From: a virus
Lineage: Duplodnaviria > Caudoviricetes
IMG/VR virus record: IMGVR_UViG_3300021197_000101
Coordinates: 1 to 56,239 of that record
Strand: one strand, 5' to 3'
DNA: 56,239 nucleotides
Shown here: positions 54,705 to 56,239 of the stretch, one piece after another
Numbering within the stretch: the first letter of the stretch is position 1
Layout of the letters: every line of letters starts with the position of its first letter
Program-made: the position numbers and the translations under genes
The notes under the pieces: generated by a model
What the model was told of the DNA's origin: nothing
The model's input: only the letters and a program-made list of their open reading frames with translations
Database searches by the model: none

Positions 54705-56239
54705 TTAAGAAATGCCAAGGGCTATTTGTGTAAATATTGACCACTTAGATGCACTTTCTGCATCTTGTCTGGCAAGAGCGTACTCATCATATTTTTTATC
54801 AGCTAGTATTAACTCTAATGCTCTTTCCTTAGCTGACTCAGAGGACTTAAATACAAAATCCATTATGTCACGTTCACGTTGCCACAGCTGATCTACCATT
54901 GTTGTAGTAAGTTGGTTAGCTACTCTTGCAGTTTCCATGTTAGCAGCATTTTCTGCAGAAGTATTTATGGTCTGAACATTCTGTCTCCATTGAGCATTAG
55001 CCTGAGCAACAACTAATTTATTTTGTGTGTTAAATTGATCACGTTGGTTTTGCACTGAAGAGTTAAATTGTTCTGCTGCATTCTTTTGACCTGAATTAAA
55101 CTGTGATATAGCATTGGTCTGAGTTGTATTAAACTGTGACACTTGAGATTTTAAACTGGCTAAGAATTGATTAGTTTGATTCTCACTAGATGCATTAAAT
55201 TGTCTAGCTGCATTGGTTGCTGCTTGATCTGTAAATATAGACTGAGCAATCTGTTGCCCTTTAAACAACGCAGTCTGTTGTCTGTTTGATAGATTAGTCA
55301 TATCCATCTGCAAGAATGCTTGAGCATTTTGTACAGCAGCTTGTTGTTGGTTACTTAAATTCTGTTGTTCTAATTGTGTTATAGCAGCAGCTTCTGCCAT
55401 GACTATAGCCTGTTTATTAGACAAGTTAGTCATGTTCATACTGTTAGCCATACGAGAGTTTTCTAATGCTACCTGCTGTTCTGCAGTAAAGTTCATGTTT
55501 GCTACATCAGCAATACGACCTGCATTTTGAACTCTTGCTTGAAACTGTTGATCAAACTCTTGACCTATAAACTGAGCACGTTGTTGTGCCGAAAGCATAG
55601 CACGTTGCTGTCGGTTTGTCAAGTTCTGCATTTCAAATTGTGAGATTGTTTTTGCGTCAGCCATAGCAATGGGTAGTGCAGATTCCATAGCTGCTTGTAC
55701 AACAGCTTGACCTGCAAGACTGGATGCACCTAAACCTCTTTGAGCCATCTTACCTAGAGCTGCTCTCATAGCTCCTGCTGCCCATGCAGGTGGGTTAGCA
55801 CCTTGAAAGTCTTGCATCAAGCCAGACAGTTGTTCCTGTACCATAGCTTGTTGTGATGGTGTAGCTTGTGCAGCTTGAATTTGTTCTGCAAAAGCAGCAG
55901 CTGTAGTTGCATCTGCAACACCAGATATAAGTTCACCTGCTTGTATCTGTCTTTGAACAGGGTTGTTCATCATTATTGCTTGACCCTGAGCAGCCTGAAG
56001 ATTACCAACTTGAGTTTGAGATGGATTCATCTGAGCTGCATTTGCCATAGCTTGTGGAGATAGTGTACCCTGAGCTGGATTGACTGCTTGCATTGCGTTG
56101 GAAATACCCTGCTGAGACATACTAGGGTTTACAAGAGAAGCTTGCATCAAAGGATCAGGTGCAGCTGCCTGTGCTGTTGTTCCAACTGTACTTGCGCTAT
56201 ATTGTGTTGCTAGGTTAGGTGCTTGACCAGTTCCTTGAG
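54705..56239 (-). CDS. 3' part of Gln/Ala/Asn-rich internal virion protein (starts at 712)
   Basis: Open to the right edge; QFN repeats; MAQRGLGASS. Confidence 0.85.
   Translation of the reverse strand, partial: QGTGQAPNLATQYSASTVGTTAQAAAPDPLMQASLVNPSMSQQGISNAMQAVNPAQGTLSPQAMANAAQMNPSQTQVGNLQAAQGQAIMMNNPVQRQIQAGELISGVADATTAAAFAEQIQAAQATPSQQAMVQEQLSGLMQDFQGANPPAWAAGAMRAALGKMAQRGLGASSLAGQAVVQAAMESALPIAMADAKTISQFEMQNLTNRQQRAMLSAQQRAQFIGQEFDQQFQARVQNAGRIADVANMNFTAEQQVALENSRMANSMNMTNLSNKQAIVMAEAAAITQLEQQNLSNQQQAAVQNAQAFLQMDMTNLSNRQQTALFKGQQIAQSIFTDQAATNAARQFNASSENQTNQFLASLKSQVSQFNTTQTNAISQFNSGQKNAAEQFNSSVQNQRDQFNTQNKLVVAQANAQWRQNVQTINTSAENAANMETARVANQLTTTMVDQLWQRERDIMDFVFKSSESAKERALELILADKKYDEYALARQDAESASKWSIFTQIALGIS

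Overview
The window is best read as a complete, circularly permuted 56,239-bp genome of a podovirus-like tailed phage. One minus-strand ORF runs in frame across the two window ends. The host is probably a marine alphaproteobacterium (inferred from DUF1127, a GTA-type holin and a B12-dependent RNR). The genome has two divergent arms. The minus arm (30881->1, then 56239->48998) carries lysis genes, small basic proteins, terminases, portal, scaffold, a P22-gp5-like capsid, tail/fibre genes and internal virion proteins. The plus arm (32277->49001) carries early unknown genes, a glycosylase-like gene, an SCM-motif protein with an M28-like peptidase, a tyrosine recombinase, T7-like primase-helicase, PolA, SSB, nucleases, MazG, class II RNR and DUF3310. 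I recognised no RNA polymerase, tRNA or CRISPR array. The most notable observations are: (1) a ~600-nt hairpin-dense non-coding tract before the first early gene; (2) a shared CC/C(U)AC internal-loop RNA motif in the capsid and scaffold leaders; (3) identical 16-bp inverted promoter/operator boxes flanking the early block next to the recombinase; (4) a recurring [FYM]xxGG motif in putative head-internal proteins; (5) a DUF1127 gene with a sequestered RBS; (6) a mini outer-membrane beta protein. All product calls come from motif recognition by eye, not from database searches.
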